From NCBI GenBank assembly GCA_041946735.1, contig JBHGAY010000018.1:32001-96000 (forward strand): DNA of 64,000 nucleotides. The letters run 5' to 3'. Positions 31,269 to 40,673 of the stretch are shown here, one piece after another. The DNA is from Candidatus Eiseniibacteriota bacterium (GTDB taxonomy: Bacteria > Eisenbacteria > RBG-16-71-46 > CAIMUX01 > VGJL01). Made by a program: the position numbers and the translations under genes. Position 1 is the first letter of the stretch; the number at the start of each line of letters is the position of its first letter. The notes under the pieces are model-generated. The model saw nothing but the letters and a program-made list of their open reading frames with translations, was not told the DNA's origin and ran no database searches.

Positions 31269-32194
31269 CGCGCGCCCCCTCCCGTCCCGCTCGCCTCGCC
31301 TCCGAGCCGCGGTGGCGGACCGCTCGCGCCGAGCCGATCGTGCACGAGCCGGTAGCGGCGATAGGTCTCGGCCACCTGCTCGGGCGGCAGCGCGGGCGCG
31401 GGCGGATTGCGATCCCAGTCGAGCGTCTTCAGCCACGCTCGCACGTACTCCTTGTCGAGCGGGTCCGGCGGCGAGGCGGACCGCGCGCCGTCCCAGTAGC
31501 GCGAGGAGTCGGGCGTGAGCGCCTCGTCGATCAGGGAGAGGCGCCCATCGATCCATCCGAACTCGAACTTCGTGTCGACGAGCAGGAGCCCACGCGCGCG
31601 AGCGTACCGCTCGGCGAGGTCGTAGACGCGCAGGCTCGCCTCGCGCAGCCGCTCCGCGAGCTCGGAGCCGACGATGTCGCTCAACTCCTCGAGCGTCACG
31701 GGCCGGTCGTGCCCGACTTCCTCCTTCGTGGTCGGCGTGAAGAGCGGGGCGGGAAGCTTGCCGTACGGCGCGATTCCCGGAGGCGCGCTCATCCCGCCGA
31801 TCGTCCCCTTCCGGGCGTACTCCTCGATCGCGGAGCCGGCCAGATAGCCGCGCACGACGCATTCGACGTCGATCCTCTTCGCCTTCCGCGCGAGCATCCA
31901 TCGCCCGCGCAGCTCGGGCAGAAGAGGCTTGAGATCGGCCGGGAAGTCGGAGTCCTGGTCGGAGAGGAAATGCGTCGGCAGGTGCGGCTCGAGACCGCGA
32001 AACCACCAGGCGGAGATCTCGTTGAGGAGGATCCCCTTGCCCGGGATCAGCGTCGGTAGGATGCAGTCGAACGCGGAGATCCGGTCGGTGGTGACGAGCA
32101 GCAGGCGATCCCCGAGATCGAGGGTCTCGCGCACTTTCCCGGAGTGGGAGGGCGAGAGGCCGAGGTCGGTCATGGACCGGAACGCTTCCTTCAT
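31265..32194 (-). CDS. purC: Phosphoribosylaminoimidazole-succinocarboxamide synthase
   Basis: GKVR, TDRISAFD, ECVVRGY, DTKFEFG, DEALTPDSSR. Confidence 0.96.
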   Translation of the reverse strand: MKEAFRSMTDLGLSPSHSGKVRETLDLGDRLLLVTTDRISAFDCILPTLIPGKGILLNEISAWWFRGLEPHLPTHFLSDQDSDFPADLKPLLPELRGRWMLARKAKRIDVECVVRGYLAGSAIEEYARKGTIGGMSAPPGIAPYGKLPAPLFTPTTKEEVGHDRPVTLEELSDIVGSELAERLREASLRVYDLAERYARARGLLLVDTKFEFGWIDGRLSLIDEALTPDSSRYWDGARSASPPDPLDKEYVRAWLKTLDWDRNPPAPALPPEQVAETYRRYRLVHDRLGASGPPPRLGGEASGTGGGAR

Positions 32195-32214
32195 CGGTCA
32201 CCCCCAAAGCGCCC

Positions 32215-32243
32215 TTTATAGCACGAGGGCGGAGAGGCGACAA
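32215..32243 (-). promoter_or_regulatory. Sigma-70 promoter for purC-purH-guaA, inside the 3' end of comEC
   Basis: TTGTCG-17 nt-TATAAA with an extended -10 TG. Confidence 0.55.
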
Positions 32244-34582
32244 CCGCCCCGCCCGAAGAGGAGCCTTCCCCCTTCCCAGCGGAGTCGCAGCGCCCCGTCG
32301 CGATCGGTGCGCGCGAGCGGGATTCCACGAGTCGCGCAGCGGGCTCGCATCGCCGGCGAAGGGTGTCCGTAGCGGTTGTGGGCGCCGCACGAGACGAGGA
32401 CCAGCCGGGGTTCCAGGCGGTCTAGCCAGGCCTCCCCGGTCGATCCGCCGCTCCCGTGATGGCCTGCCAGCAGGACGTCCACCGTTCCCGGATCGATGCG
32501 GGACAAAAGCGAGCGCTCGCCGGCGACCGGCAGGTCCCCAGCGATCGCAAGCGACCCGCCCGGCCCTTCGATCCGCAAGACCAGCGAGGATGCGTTGCCG
32601 TCGCGCGGCGGCTCTCCGCTCGCGGGAGCGAGCAGGCGGATCGCGAGCGGCCCGGCGCGCAACGACCAGGGAGCCGCGAGGGCGCGCACCGGCGGGGCGC
32701 GCGAGCGGGGTAGCCGAACCGTCCCGCGCGAGGAAGCCGAGACGTAGAGCGTGTCGATGCGGATCCCAGCGAGCAGAAGGCCGTGCAGTCCTCCTGCATG
32801 ATCCTCGTCGGGATGGGTGAGGAGGACGCCGCGCAGGTGGCGCGCGCCGAGCGCACGCAGGGACGGAGCGAGGCGCCGGGCGCCAAGGTCCCCACGCGTT
32901 CCCCCCGGACCGGTGTCGATCAGCAGGTTCTCCCCCGCCGCCGTCCGCACGAGCGTCGCGTCTCCCTGCCCGACCGGCAGGATCCACGCTTCGGCGGCGG
33001 CGGGCGGCTGCAGCCGGCAGTTTCGCGTCGCGCAGATCGCAGGCACCGACAGGATCGCGGCGGCGAGCCAGAGCCAGGGGGCGGCGCGCGCCACGTGCCC
33101 GCTCGCGCCCATCCGCTTCGCGCGCGACCGGGACGATGCGGCGAGCAGCGCCAGGAAGACGAGCGTCGAAGCGATTCCTCTGCCCATCCCGCACGGCACC
33201 CAGAGCTGCGTCGCCTCTCCGGCCGGGACGAGCGCGGCGAGCGGCCGGATCCAGGCTTCGGTGAGAATGCGCGCCGGTCCCCAGGCGATCGCCTGCAGCC
33301 ACGGCGTCTCGGGGTTCCCCCACGCCAGCCCCCAGAGGATCGAGACGAGCGCCGGAGCGAACGCCGGAACCCCGACCAGGTTCGCCACGACCGCGAACGG
33401 AGCGCACTGGCCGAAGAATCCTCCGAGGATGCCGGTCGTCGCGAGGACCGCGATCGCCGAGGTGGAGAGCGCCCCCCCGAGGGACGCGACGCGCGGCGAG
33501 AGGATCAGCGCCGCGGTGCCGGCGAAGGAGAGCAGCGCGCCGGCGCGCGCCAGCTCCCCGGGATGGACGAACGCGACGAGCAGCAGCGCGGCCCACCAGG
33601 CAGCCCCGGTCCTGCCGGGACGGCCGAGCGCGCGCGCCCCCGTGATCGCGAGCGCCATCACCACCGACCGCACGACCGAAGGGATCGGCCCGACGAGCGC
33701 CGCGTAGGCGAAGAGCGTCGCGGCGATCGCCATCCAACGCAGCGCCGGACGATGCAGCACGAGGCGGAGCAACGCTTCGAGGAGGACGGCGACGAGCGAA
33801 ACGTGCAGCCCGGAGATCGCGATCAAGTGCATCGTGCCGGTCGCGCGGAAGATCCTCTCGAGCCGGAGCGGGATCTCCGCGTCCTCCCCCCAGACGAGGA
33901 TCGGAACGAAGGCGCGCGTGTCGGCGGGGAGCGACGAGCCGATCCGCGACGCGAGGCGGTGCCGCCCCGCCCTGCGCACGATCCCCTCCCAGCCAGCCTT
34001 GGCTGCGCTGTCGGACCACGCGGCCGAGAGCCGGATCGTTCCGCGAAGCCGGTCCCACCGCGCGCCGCGCGACGGGTCGGCCAGCCCCGGCATCCCGTAC
34101 GGAACGAGCGGATCGAGGTACGCCTCTCCCAGGAAGGTCGCCTCTCCTCCCATCGATCCCCCGAGCAGGCGGAACCTCCCGGGGATCGGCAGCCATCGAC
34201 CATCGCGCGCCATTGCGACGTCGCGCGCCTCCATCCCGGAGGAGCCGGCGACGACGCGCCCGTGCAGGACGAGCGGCGGCAGTCCATGCGGAAGCGGGGC
34301 GGGACGGGGAAGCGTCGCGCCCACCCCGAACGCCAGCGCCGCGCAGGCGAGCAGGATCAGCGCGTCGCACCGCCGCCGGTGTCGCCGCAGCGACGCCGCG
34401 GCCGCCGCGAACGCGACGGCCCCGACGGCGCCACATGCGGCGAAGGGAGCGACCGGCCGCGTTTCGAGCGCGAGCAGGAAGGCGGGGACGGCCGCGACCG
34501 CGAGCGATGCCAATGCCGGCGCCGGAGGCCCGGACGAAGCCGCTCCGAATCGCTGCCTCGGGTCGATGCGCTCCGCAACCAT
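32216..34582 (-). CDS. comEC: ComEC/Rec2 DNA uptake channel with metallo-beta-lactamase domain
   Basis: GTMHLIAISGLHV, PSVVRS, VGQGDA, LIDTG, THPDEDH, GHHGS and NRYGHP. Confidence 0.9.
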   Translation of the reverse strand: MVAERIDPRQRFGAASSGPPAPALASLAVAAVPAFLLALETRPVAPFAACGAVGAVAFAAAAASLRRHRRRCDALILLACAALAFGVGATLPRPAPLPHGLPPLVLHGRVVAGSSGMEARDVAMARDGRWLPIPGRFRLLGGSMGGEATFLGEAYLDPLVPYGMPGLADPSRGARWDRLRGTIRLSAAWSDSAAKAGWEGIVRRAGRHRLASRIGSSLPADTRAFVPILVWGEDAEIPLRLERIFRATGTMHLIAISGLHVSLVAVLLEALLRLVLHRPALRWMAIAATLFAYAALVGPIPSVVRSVVMALAITGARALGRPGRTGAAWWAALLLVAFVHPGELARAGALLSFAGTAALILSPRVASLGGALSTSAIAVLATTGILGGFFGQCAPFAVVANLVGVPAFAPALVSILWGLAWGNPETPWLQAIAWGPARILTEAWIRPLAALVPAGEATQLWVPCGMGRGIASTLVFLALLAASSRSRAKRMGASGHVARAAPWLWLAAAILSVPAICATRNCRLQPPAAAEAWILPVGQGDATLVRTAAGENLLIDTGPGGTRGDLGARRLAPSLRALGARHLRGVLLTHPDEDHAGGLHGLLLAGIRIDTLYVSASSRGTVRLPRSRAPPVRALAAPWSLRAGPLAIRLLAPASGEPPRDGNASSLVLRIEGPGGSLAIAGDLPVAGERSLLSRIDPGTVDVLLAGHHGSGGSTGEAWLDRLEPRLVLVSCGAHNRYGHPSPAMRARCATRGIPLARTDRDGALRLRWEGGRLLFGRGGCRLSALVL

Positions 34583-34723
34583 GCCCGCCAGACCGAGCAG
34601 CCGCGATGCCAGGAGGCGGGCACGAAACGCGCGGCGCCCCGGAGGTCATCCCCGGGGCGCCGCACGAACGAAACGATCGAGACGAGCGCGACGAGCGAGA
34701 CGAGCGCGCGCCTCGTCCGCGCG

Positions 34724-36529
34724 CTACTCGACGAGCAGCATCTTCCGGACCGCCTTCTCCCCCTCCATCTGGAGCGAGTAGAAGTAGACGCCGGTCGCAA
34801 CCGAGCGCCCGCTCTCGTCCGTTCCGCGCCAGTAGACCTGATGCTCGCCGGCGCTCATCGTCCCGTCGAGGATCGTGTCGATATGGCGGCCGGAGGCGTC
34901 GACGATGTCGAGCCGGACCGGACCCGAGTGATCGAGGGCGAAGGAGATCTTCGTCTTCGGATTGAACGGGTTCGGGCTGTTCTGGTCGAGGCGCAGGATG
35001 CGGCCGGCCGGAATGTCTGCCACGTCGGTGGGCACCTGGCTCGTATAGGCGCTGAACACGAAGTCCTTGCCGCTCGAGCCGCAGGCGCGCTTCATCGGAG
35101 TCGCCATGAAGAGGTACTCCGTCTCATCGAATCGCAGCATCTCGAAGACCGCCGTGCCGTCGACCGCGCTGACCGGAACCGTCCACTCCTCCCAGACCTG
35201 CTGGCCGGCGAGCTTGCGGACGAAGCCGATCGAGTTGCCGTAATCGCAGGAGTTCAGAGCCTGGAACTCGATACGGATCTTGTTGTCCGCAGAGCCGACG
35301 TGCGGGCGGAACCTGTTGTAGTTCGTGCCGAGCCCTTGCGGCATCCAGGTCACGGTGGGATGGAGGTTGACCGCCGGGTAGTTGGTGACGTCATTGTCCG
35401 GAACGACATAGCGGTTGTACTGGCCGCCCTCGGCATAGTGCTGCCCATCGTTGCGCGTGCCTGTGAAGATGTTCCACCGCGACCAGTCCGCCATCGCGCT
35501 GTCGAAGTTCAACCCGTGCGGGGCGAAGGCGTCGTCGAGGCAATCGTAGATGTTGCCGTATCCGAGGCAGAGCCAGATGTCGCGCACCATCGCATGGCTG
35601 CCCCAGTTGTCCTTCATGTAGGTCGGCCAGATGAACGTGGCGTACTCGAAGCAGCCGTCGAACGTCCTCAGCCCCTTCCAGGGGGAGCCGAAGTAGCAGC
35701 TGAGATAGTTGTAGTTGTCGTTGATCTCGTCGTAGACCTCGTCCTCGCAGAACGTCGCGGTCTGCTCCATCCACCAGTTGCCGCCGTTGACGTTGATCCC
35801 CATCTGCACCACGTGGTTGTACTCGTGGGCGACGGTCACCTTCATCGGCAGCGTCCGGTCCGTGTACCCGAAGCCGGTGTAGTCGTTGTCGATGTGGAAG
35901 TAGGCGGTGTAGTCGTAGGGATATCCGCCCGGAACCTGGCTCTCGGAATAGGTCACTCCATACACGCCGGAGAGGTTCAACACGTAGACGTCGATCAAGC
36001 CGGAGCCGCCGCCCATGCCGCCGTCCGACGGCGGGGCCGGCCAGCCCTGCTGCGTGTGATAGAAGTTCCAGCAGGTCTCGACCGACGTGCAGACAGCGTC
36101 GCGATACGCCGTGTTCGGCCACTGGTAGATCACGTTGGCGCCCGACGTCGCGTAATGGACGCGGAAGTGCGCCGTGTCGATGTAGGAGTCGAGGTTCGGC
36201 CGCGCCATCATCGCCTCGGCTTCCATCCGGATCCCTTCGGGGAGCGAGTCCAGGTTCTCGCGGATCTCCTGGGCGATCGCCGTTCCGCACTTCACCGGGA
36301 TCCCCTCGCCTTGATCGAAGCGCGCCGGCAGCAACGGCGAATGGTGGATCGCGTACAGCTCGTACAAGGCCGCTTCGCCCTGGGAGATCTCTCCCGACTC
36401 GAACGCCTGCTGGATCGACGTCAAGGTCGGGCTAGAAAGCTCCGACTCCTCCGGAAATGCGGAGGCGGTCGCCGGCGCGAGGAGCGCCGCCGCGGCGGCC
36501 AGACAGAACACCACCCGAAGAGATTTCAT
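34724..36529 (-). CDS. Secreted zinc metalloprotease (MXAN_6640-like) with FlgD-Ig/T9SS-like C-terminal domain
   Basis: Signal peptide, TVAHEYNH...WWMEQTA zincin motif, C-terminal QNSPNPFNP...W.GTDESG..VATGVYFY...RKMLLVE. Confidence 0.8.
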   Translation of the reverse strand: MKSLRVVFCLAAAAALLAPATASAFPEESELSSPTLTSIQQAFESGEISQGEAALYELYAIHHSPLLPARFDQGEGIPVKCGTAIAQEIRENLDSLPEGIRMEAEAMMARPNLDSYIDTAHFRVHYATSGANVIYQWPNTAYRDAVCTSVETCWNFYHTQQGWPAPPSDGGMGGGSGLIDVYVLNLSGVYGVTYSESQVPGGYPYDYTAYFHIDNDYTGFGYTDRTLPMKVTVAHEYNHVVQMGINVNGGNWWMEQTATFCEDEVYDEINDNYNYLSCYFGSPWKGLRTFDGCFEYATFIWPTYMKDNWGSHAMVRDIWLCLGYGNIYDCLDDAFAPHGLNFDSAMADWSRWNIFTGTRNDGQHYAEGGQYNRYVVPDNDVTNYPAVNLHPTVTWMPQGLGTNYNRFRPHVGSADNKIRIEFQALNSCDYGNSIGFVRKLAGQQVWEEWTVPVSAVDGTAVFEMLRFDETEYLFMATPMKRACGSSGKDFVFSAYTSQVPTDVADIPAGRILRLDQNSPNPFNPKTKISFALDHSGPVRLDIVDASGRHIDTILDGTMSAGEHQVYWRGTDESGRSVATGVYFYSLQMEGEKAVRKMLLVE

Positions 36530-36615
36530 TCTGGAGACCTCCCCTTCTCGGGATCGTGATGCCATCACGCGGATGCTCCCTCGATGCAGGACCGTGGGGG
36601 CGTAATGCTCCAATA

Positions 36616-36644
36616 ACTATAAGCCAGAGTCGGACTTGGGTCAA
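36616..36644 (-). promoter_or_regulatory. Sigma-70 promoter
   Basis: TTGACC-17 nt-TATAGT upstream of the protease gene. Confidence 0.6.
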
Positions 36645-36789
36645 GGAGCCGAACGGACGGTCCGAGGTTGGGCGAGCCCAAGTGCCGTAGCGGCGGGGCG
36701 ATGCGCGTGGGCGCGGGAGCGCCGTCGAGGGGCTGGGAGGCCGGCCGCGGCATTCTCCGCGGCCGGTCCTGCCATGAGGCGGGGCGGGA

Positions 36790-39273
36790 TCAGCGCCGGG
36801 TTCGGAGCGACAACTCGGAGACCGCGGTCAGCGTGTACAGCTCCGAGCAGGCAATGTCCCCCGAAGGCCCCTGGACGGTGAAGTAGTAGAGGACCGGTCG
36901 ATACAGCGGGACCGACCGGGGATCGACGATTCCGACATAGGTCCCCGCCACCGGATCGACCGGCGAGAGCGGGAGGTCACGCACTCCGGCATCGAGCAAT
37001 GGCAGGTGCAGGCGCGGGTCGCGCGCCGGCATTCCTTCCGGCATCGCGATCGAGGCGGTCAACAGGATCGGTCCTCGCACGAGGACCTTGCCCGGCTCCT
37101 GATGGTCGATCACCGGCCAGGCTTCCATCCCGAACCGCGGGGACAGCACCCGGCTGGCTCCCGCCGGCATCTCCACCACCTGCGTCCAGATCCTCCCCTG
37201 CTCGCCGGAGACTCGCACACCGTGAAGGCCCGGATCGACGTCCGCCTCCCACGGCGTGAATCCGGCCAGCCGGCGATCGATCAGCACGCTATCGCCGTCG
37301 GAGGAGACGATCCCTTCCCCTTCCCGGTACGACCACGACTCGACGCGCAGATGCGCGCGTCCGGAGGCGACCGCGTTGGCGATCCGCACCCGCGTGGTCT
37401 CCCCGCAGCGAACGAGCACCTGACGCTGCCAGAGAGGCACGCGATCGTCTTCGTAGAAGATCTCCTGCCAGCCGACCTTGACGCTGTCGAAGCGGCAGGG
37501 CGCGGCCATTCGCGCCGCCCCACCGCGCAGCCAGACGGTTCCGGAAGGACGAGGGTCCGCCACCTCGATCTCGATCGCTCCGGTCGCGACCGGTCGCAGC
37601 TCCACCGTCTGCCCCTTCCGAACGTTCACCGGCATCTCCAGCGAGCCGAACCATCCGAGGTCGAGACGGACGAGGTGCGATCCGCCGGAAACGCCCGTGA
37701 GCGTCGCCGGAGAGGAGCTTCCCTGGTCGACCCCGTCGAGGAAGATCGCGCGCGCAGGAGGATCGCTCACGATGCGGACGACTCCGGCCCTGCCGCCCGA
37801 ACCGGGCCGCAGCGCCTGCATCCCGCGAGGCACCGCTACCAGCGCTGCGAGGACCGCGACGACGATCCCGAAGGCGATGGTCCACGACCGGGACGGCCGC
37901 CAAGGGGACGGGGAACCTCCTCGCGGGGTCTCAGCGCGAGGGGGCGCCGGGGGGCCGCCGGACGGCGGAACGGACGGCGGAACGGAGGTCGGGCCTGAGG
38001 TCGGAACTGAGGTCGGAACGGCGTCGAGCCGCGGCGGAACCTCCGTCGATGCGGCCGGAGCCACGGGCGACACGACGGCGTCATGCACGGCGACAGCGGC
38101 GACCGACTCGCGAGCCCGCTCCGGTCCGCTCCACGCGGCCACCGCCTCCGCCACCGCCTCCGCGACCGCTGCCGTCTCCGTCTCCGGCTGCTGCTCCGGC
38201 ACCTGCCCGGGCTCCGGGAGAGCCTCCGACGGCTGCCCCGGCTCCAGTCCCGTCAGGGCCTCGGACCGCCACACGAGTTCCGGCTCCGGCACGGGCTCGG
38301 CCTCCGGCATGGGCTCCGGCGCTGACACTGGCCCCGGCGCCGCCTGTGGCCGTGGATCCCGCGCGGGCTCCGGCTCCCGCTTCGGCTCCGTCTGCCGCAC
38401 GCGCAGGTCCGGCACGTTCTCCAGGAACGAAGGAAGCTTCACCTCGTCCGCCGGTCCTCTCCATGACGAGCCCGCCGGAGCTGCGTTGAAACCGGAAGGT
38501 TCGCGCTCGGCGTTCGCAAAGGGCGGCCGTACCGCCTGCAGCTCGCTGCCGAGGTCCTCGAGCGGATTGTGCAGGCGGTCCGACGCCGCCGGCGCGCCGA
38601 TCGGAACGAAGCGCAGGGCGGCCGCACCGGCGCCCGGCTCCTGCATCCCGAAGAGGTTCACGAGGCCGTCGCAGGCGCGCTTGAGATCCTGCGTCTCGTC
38701 GAAGACGCGCGAAACGGCCCGGCGGTCCGGGGCGGATCCGGTGTCGGCGGCGAGAAGCAGCAGGATGTCCTTCGGCCGGATCTCGACGGAGCTCAACGCG
38801 AGGGCGAGCTTCTGCTCGCTTCCGAGAGCGGCGGCCGGCGCGTCCTCCGCCGCTCGATCGCCCAGGCAGGCAAGCGTCGCCGATCCATCGCGCAACAGGA
38901 AGACCCAGCATCGCGTCGCCTTAAGGAAGAAGACACGCTGCTCCTCCACCACCGCGATCGCGAGACGGACGGTACGCGGATCGCGGACCGCCGAGCGATT
39001 CTCGCGGAACAGCCGCCCGTGCACCTGGCGCATCCGATCGAGAAGCGTCGCGACGCGCGGCGGAAGGCCCGGAGGCGCAGGAGCCTCGCCGGGGCGATCC
39101 AACTCCGCGAGACGGGGCTGGACGAAACGGGCGAAGGTGTCGCGCGGGCGCGACCAGGCGACGCAAGCGACCACCTGCTCCGGATCGGCCCAGGAGAGGA
39201 ACTCCCCTCCCTCGCTCTCCGAGGTCGCGATCTCGATCCGCATCGGGGTCCCGAGGTTGTCTTCGTGCATCAT
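36790..39273 (-). CDS. Bitopic membrane protein: degenerate PP2C-like domain, Pro/Glu-rich linker, TM helix, PEGA repeats
   Basis: N-terminal PP2C-fold pattern lacking the catalytic Asp residues; TM IAFGIVVAVLAALVAV; PEGA motifs (IVSDPPARAIFLDG, VLID...GFTP...PGLH). ATGA overlap with the upstream gene. Confidence 0.65.
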   Translation of the reverse strand: MMHEDNLGTPMRIEIATSESEGGEFLSWADPEQVVACVAWSRPRDTFARFVQPRLAELDRPGEAPAPPGLPPRVATLLDRMRQVHGRLFRENRSAVRDPRTVRLAIAVVEEQRVFFLKATRCWVFLLRDGSATLACLGDRAAEDAPAAALGSEQKLALALSSVEIRPKDILLLLAADTGSAPDRRAVSRVFDETQDLKRACDGLVNLFGMQEPGAGAAALRFVPIGAPAASDRLHNPLEDLGSELQAVRPPFANAEREPSGFNAAPAGSSWRGPADEVKLPSFLENVPDLRVRQTEPKREPEPARDPRPQAAPGPVSAPEPMPEAEPVPEPELVWRSEALTGLEPGQPSEALPEPGQVPEQQPETETAAVAEAVAEAVAAWSGPERARESVAAVAVHDAVVSPVAPAASTEVPPRLDAVPTSVPTSGPTSVPPSVPPSGGPPAPPRAETPRGGSPSPWRPSRSWTIAFGIVVAVLAALVAVPRGMQALRPGSGGRAGVVRIVSDPPARAIFLDGVDQGSSSPATLTGVSGGSHLVRLDLGWFGSLEMPVNVRKGQTVELRPVATGAIEIEVADPRPSGTVWLRGGAARMAAPCRFDSVKVGWQEIFYEDDRVPLWQRQVLVRCGETTRVRIANAVASGRAHLRVESWSYREGEGIVSSDGDSVLIDRRLAGFTPWEADVDPGLHGVRVSGEQGRIWTQVVEMPAGASRVLSPRFGMEAWPVIDHQEPGKVLVRGPILLTASIAMPEGMPARDPRLHLPLLDAGVRDLPLSPVDPVAGTYVGIVDPRSVPLYRPVLYYFTVQGPSGDIACSELYTLTAVSELSLRTRR

Positions 39274-40373
39274 CCCTCCGACGGGGCGGGGCCGCCCCGA
39301 ACGAATCGTCTCGTCCAAATCCCTGCATGCTGGACGCGGGTCGCGAGCCCCGGATCGCTCGCGCGGCCGTCGTCTCCGTTGCCGCCCGGACCGCTCTCGC
39401 GGCCGTCACGGCGCCGCGGTGGCCGCCGGCGGCCGAGCCTCAGCAGCTCGCGCAGCGCGCGCGGCGAACCGACCGCGCCGGCGATCTCTCGCGTCGCTTC
39501 GCGAACGAACCCTTCCCGCAGGTACTCGAGGCCGAGCGCGACGCGGAGCCGCACGGAACGAGGCGCGCCGGAGAGTCCGGAGGCGATGCGCCTCAAGGCC
39601 GCTTCCTCGTCGCCGTCGAACGGCGCGAGGCGCACCATCCGCGACGCGAGCCGACTCGCGTCGGGATCGAGACGGAACGCCTCTTCCCAGGCGGCGCGCG
39701 CGCGGTCCGCGAATCCCGCCTTCAGCGCCACGCGCGCGATGCGGGCGTAGCCGGCGGCGTGGAGCGGATTCCAGAATGGCCCGGCGGCGAGCCGCGCGAG
39801 ATGCGCCGGATCGAGCAGCGGGTGGGCCGCGTGGAGCCGGTGCGCTTCACGCTCGGCCGACGCACGATCGCCGCGCGCGCTCGCGCAGGCGTAGCGGAGC
39901 ATCGCGCGGAACAGATGGCCTCGCGGCCCGGCGGCGGGGGCTTCGAGCAGCTCCGCGAGATGCGCGCCATCCCGGCGCCGGAGAGCCGCCCACGCAACCG
40001 CGTAGCGGCGGTAGCGGTCGGGCAGCGGGGTGACCGACGCGGTGGGGTCCCAGCCGTCGAGGACGAGCGAAGGCTCCTCCCCCAATCCTTCCACGCGCGC
40101 GTGGAGAAGCAGCAGCCGCGCCCGCGCGCCTTCGGGGTCTCCGCGAACCGCCCTCTCGAACGCCTCGGCCGCCTGCGACCATCGACCACGAAGCGCGAGA
40201 AGGATGCCGAGCGGCACGGGAGCCGCGCCCGCGGACGGTCCCGCGCGCGCGATCCTGCGCCGTAGCCGCGCCTCCTCTTCCCGCGCGAGGCTTCGCAGAG
40301 ATGGCGGCATCCCCTGCGGATCGCGGTCGGTCCTGCTGCGAGCGGCGGCCCCTTGCTCCTCGGTCGGCCTCAT
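39270..40373 (-). CDS. Tetratricopeptide repeat protein
   Basis: TPR patterns (LGILLALRGRWSQAAEAFERAVRGDP; AGFADRARAAWEEAFRLDP); SD AGGAGG before ATG 40373. Confidence 0.7.
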   Translation of the reverse strand: MRPTEEQGAAARSRTDRDPQGMPPSLRSLAREEEARLRRRIARAGPSAGAAPVPLGILLALRGRWSQAAEAFERAVRGDPEGARARLLLLHARVEGLGEEPSLVLDGWDPTASVTPLPDRYRRYAVAWAALRRRDGAHLAELLEAPAAGPRGHLFRAMLRYACASARGDRASAEREAHRLHAAHPLLDPAHLARLAAGPFWNPLHAAGYARIARVALKAGFADRARAAWEEAFRLDPDASRLASRMVRLAPFDGDEEAALRRIASGLSGAPRSVRLRVALGLEYLREGFVREATREIAGAVGSPRALRELLRLGRRRPPRRRDGRESGPGGNGDDGRASDPGLATRVQHAGIWTRRFVRGGPAPSEG

Positions 40374-40404
40374 CTTCCCCTCCTGGGAACGGGGGCTTGC
40401 ACGG

Positions 40405-40419
40405 GCAAGGGGAATGCCA
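40405..40419 (-). promoter_or_regulatory. Sigma-54 (-24/-12) promoter
   Basis: TGGCATTCCCCTTGC, exact GG-N10-GC spacing, about 30 nt upstream of the TPR gene start. Confidence 0.65.
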
Positions 40420-40673
40420 TCCTGGGGAACAACCCACAGCCAGCCGCAGATCGTTGAGCCGGAATCGATTGCCGGCGCACGGGCGGTCCAGGGCGACGCG
40501 CTCGGGTGATCCTTCTCGGCAGGAAATGGTCCAGAGGGCACGCGACCGGCTAGAAAGAGGCCGCCCCGCCGCGAAGGCGACGGGGCGATGGAAGCGCTCA
40601 CCGGTCGAGACGCGGGGGGATCGTGGGGCCCCGCGATCGAACCGCGGCATCGAGCCGCGGCAAGCCGCGCGTC

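Noticed and set aside
29709..34649. 1646-aa ORF as a giant PurH fusion
   Set aside because: Only the last ~519 aa are PurH; the rest is an Arg/Ala-rich off-frame shadow of comEC and purC caused by the scarcity of stop codons at high GC.
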